From contig NC_134034.1 in NCBI RefSeq assembly GCF_964204645.1, positions 10,552,962 through 10,616,961 of the forward strand: DNA of 64,000 nt, written 5' to 3'. This document shows, piece after piece, positions 61,601 through 64,000 of this stretch (position 1 is its first letter; each line of letters opens with the position of its first letter). The notes beneath the pieces are model-generated. The model made no database searches, was not told the origin of the DNA, and saw nothing but the letters and a program-made list of their open reading frames with translations. The stretch is from Tubulanus polymorphus (Eukaryota > Animalia > Nemertea). Both the position numbers and the translations under genes were made by a program.

Positions 61601-63851
61601 GGAAAAGTTTAGATTATCCGATCTCTAAAAGCTCTTGTCATGTCTTGAAAATCAATGATGTCGCTTGTCTATCTTTATTCAGAGAGGAACTATTGCGAGA
61701 ACGTTAACTGCGGTCACGGCAGGTGCGAGGACGACTGGCCTGGCAGACGACACAAGTGCGTGTGTCAAGACGGTTACAACATCGCTGATAACTGCACCAC
61801 CAGTAAGCTAGACTAATCCTTTACACTACTGGGCCCATTCTTAATCGCCCAAAAAGATGTTGGTCCAAATACATGCAGTAATGATATTAATATTCATCGA
61901 TAAACCGCTCTCCACTCGCCTTGCAGTTGTTGGGTTATAACATTTACTGCCATTTTGAATTATGATAATTGTTCAAAATCAATACAAATACAAAAATTCA
62001 AGATTGACAGACGTATGGAGAAACGTATAAAGGTTTAGAAAATGTTCATACGACCCGTCCAATATCCAATCCTGAGTGACTAGTGTAGCTGAACCCAAGT
62101 GTCTCTTTCTAGAAATTATGTTTTGTAACGGTATCGACTGTGGTAACGGAACCTGTATTGAGAACTGGGACAACAGGACTCATCACTGTCTGTGCAACGA
62201 AGGATACGAAGGCACTAATTGCAAAATGGGTAAGCATAAAGTCGGCTAGAACATTCTAGAAAAATGACAATGTTAAGGATAATTATGATAGTAATTGTAA
62301 CGATAATAGTAATAATGATAGTGATCTATTTGCATAAATGGCGTAGAACTATAATGATAATCTCCGCGCGTTTTACGTCACATGAGCAAAAAGACATTTT
62401 GAAACAAACCACACAATCAGCAAAAACTAGATCAGAAATAGTTTTACTGGCTGCAAGGCCATCTACACAAAATATCTCACAATGCGGAAAACAGTTTTTT
62501 AAATGATTCTCACTTTTTGAATGATATCTGCGTATGCCGTTAAAAAGTATAAGAGCAAGCCATGGTCCATCTTGCAAAATAACATACATTCTTTAAAACG
62601 TTATTGTTTTAGTATATTTGTGGATTTCTGTGAATTTATCTAAAGAATAGTTGAAGTTGGGATACGTAATTTCTTTCAAATCATTTATTTCCTTATTTTT
62701 TTCAGTGAAACGTTACTGTTCGGAAGCCGACTGCGGCAATGGAACGTGCGCGGAGGATTGGCACAATCGAAAGCATATTTGCACGTGCCCAGAGGCGATG
62801 GGAGGCTCCGACTGTAGAACAAGTGATTGTTATTATATGAATACATATGATTGATACGAAGATAGAATATTTTCGAATTTATTGGCACGATAAGACGCAC
62901 GTTATCGCTCTCCCACACGCTGAGCAGGGTCCTATACACACACACACGTAGCACTGCATACCTTTATTAATGGTAAATTCATCGAGAATCAGCATCGGGA
63001 AGTTTTCAAAGTTACAAAGTATTGTTATTGTTTAAGTGGGTAAAATGGTACAACTGCAATGTGATTACGAAATCAACAGTATTTGTTCAATGTCGTTTAT
63101 AGGAAGTAAATTCTGTCCCGGAATCGACTGTGGTAATGGTGTATGTAAAGAAGACTGGGAACATCGAAGTCACGTGTGCCAGTGTGAAGAGGGTTTCGAC
63201 GGAATGGATTGTAAATCCAGTAAGTGACTAGAATAACCGCGAGTGGAGGGCTTCACCATCAAGAATTCATATCCAAGTGTCAATGTGTCTGTTCTACTCA
63301 TTTTCCCACCTAGTGATGGACTAAGAGGGACTTGCAGAAGTCCATCATTTTGAATGCCCTTTATCATTCTTTCAACAAACAAAAAGTTGGGGTGGGAGTA
63401 CTCTTGATTTGGCCTCAACGTCAAAGTGCTTTTTTGGGATGTGACCTGCCACCACAGCTGTCTGTGGAGGTTGTTGACCAAAATTTCATCAAATTTAGTG
63501 TTCACTACGAATGTCTGGCCGTTCTACCCGCTGCCCTCCCACCTCAGAGCTGTGAGGAGAGGGGCTCTCTAAGAACCTATGGTTCAGTTCTATTCAATGT
63601 GTCTCTACCACAGTGTCCTGTGAGGGGTTCCTCAAATGATTGTTGCTTTCATACAGTTTAAAACATGGATTTTCTTTTTAATCTACATGTGTTCCTCTCT
63701 TTCTCTCTCTTTCCCTCTCGCTCTATTTAAGTCATGAAATACTGTACGAACGACACCGACTGCGGATTCGGATTTTGCGAGGAGAATTGGGAAAAACGAG
63801 GACATATCTGTATCTGTAATCACGGTTACACCGGCACCAAATGCCTCCAAA
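52654..63851 (+). CDS. Large secreted proteoglycan-like protein: signal peptide, acidic Ser-Gly repeat, 2 FN2 domains, at least 15 EGF-like domains (3' incomplete)
   Basis: join(52654..52705,53205..55154,55471..55635,56433..56549,57351..57467,57917..58033,58466..58582,58783..58899,59040..59159,59577..59699,59843..59959,60243..60359,61051..61170,61683..61802,62113..62229,62706..62822,63103..63219,63732..63851,...), all phase-1 GT-AG. Signal MMKFLPVVFVAIALFRIGLVTG; FN2 GQACMFPYTFEG..WC..WGFC and GEQCHFPFLYHG..AWC..WKYC; one EGF per 117-123-nt exon. Confidence 0.9.
53312..54490 (+). repeat. Coding 27-bp tandem repeat (ASGEESETV), about 44 copies
   Basis: gcatctggagaagaatccgagactgtt, with a GTIS variant recurring every 3-4 units. 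Confidence 0.95.
56850..57175 (-). mobile_element. Mutator-like MITE, 326 bp, perfect 9-bp TSD
   Basis: TSD tattgtact on both sides; reverse complement of 11766-12091. Confidence 0.85.
57630..57722. repeat. 16-bp tandem repeat
   Basis: gttttgccgcgtgtgc, about 5-6 copies. Confidence 0.85.
60418..60486 (-). mobile_element. Mutator-like mini-MITE, same family as 36300-36367
   Basis: ttgtctgaataccag...ggctaagtactagacta; both flanks share cgaactac. Confidence 0.6.
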
Positions 63852-64000
63852 GTAAGTAATAATAGTGAAGAATTCGTCTTTTTGGTGTAACAGAATTGTA
63901 GTAGATGAATTAATCAAAAGTATTATTTCTAGAGGGGCCTTTATCGAAAACCGACCACCCCCCCCCCCCCCCAAACCACCATAACTATGATGTGGTTTGC

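Overview
AT-rich, intron-rich animal genomic DNA, probably from an invertebrate; the taxon cannot be fixed from the sequence. I reconstructed six spliced genes by hand, all with GT-AG junctions and continuous reading frames. They are PSMD11/Rpn6 (+, 9 exons, 419 aa), RBM33 (-, 16 exons, about 1153 aa), a JHAMT-like SAM methyltransferase (-, 4 exons, 276 aa), a secreted 2xFN2+4xEGF protein with strongly basic EGFs (+, 332 aa), a bursicon-alpha-like cystine-knot hormone (-, 168 aa), and a large secreted proteoglycan-like protein (+). The last has about 44 acidic Ser-Gly nonamers, 2xFN2 and at least 15 unusual 'EDW' EGF modules, and appears to continue past the window end. Introns hold many small mobile elements: a 5'-truncated Penelope-like retroelement, very short Penelope-type insertions with minimal hammerhead cores, piggyBac-type (TTAA), Harbinger-type (CWG TSD) and Mutator-type (9-bp TSD) MITEs, and minisatellites. 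Two observations stand out: (i) a neighbouring, oppositely charged pair of FN2-EGF secreted proteins, and (ii) four sequence-distinct insertions of 0.18-1.6 kb sharing the architecture TSD / 36-38-nt tail / inverted arms / hammerhead core. Family assignments rest on recalled motifs, not database searches.
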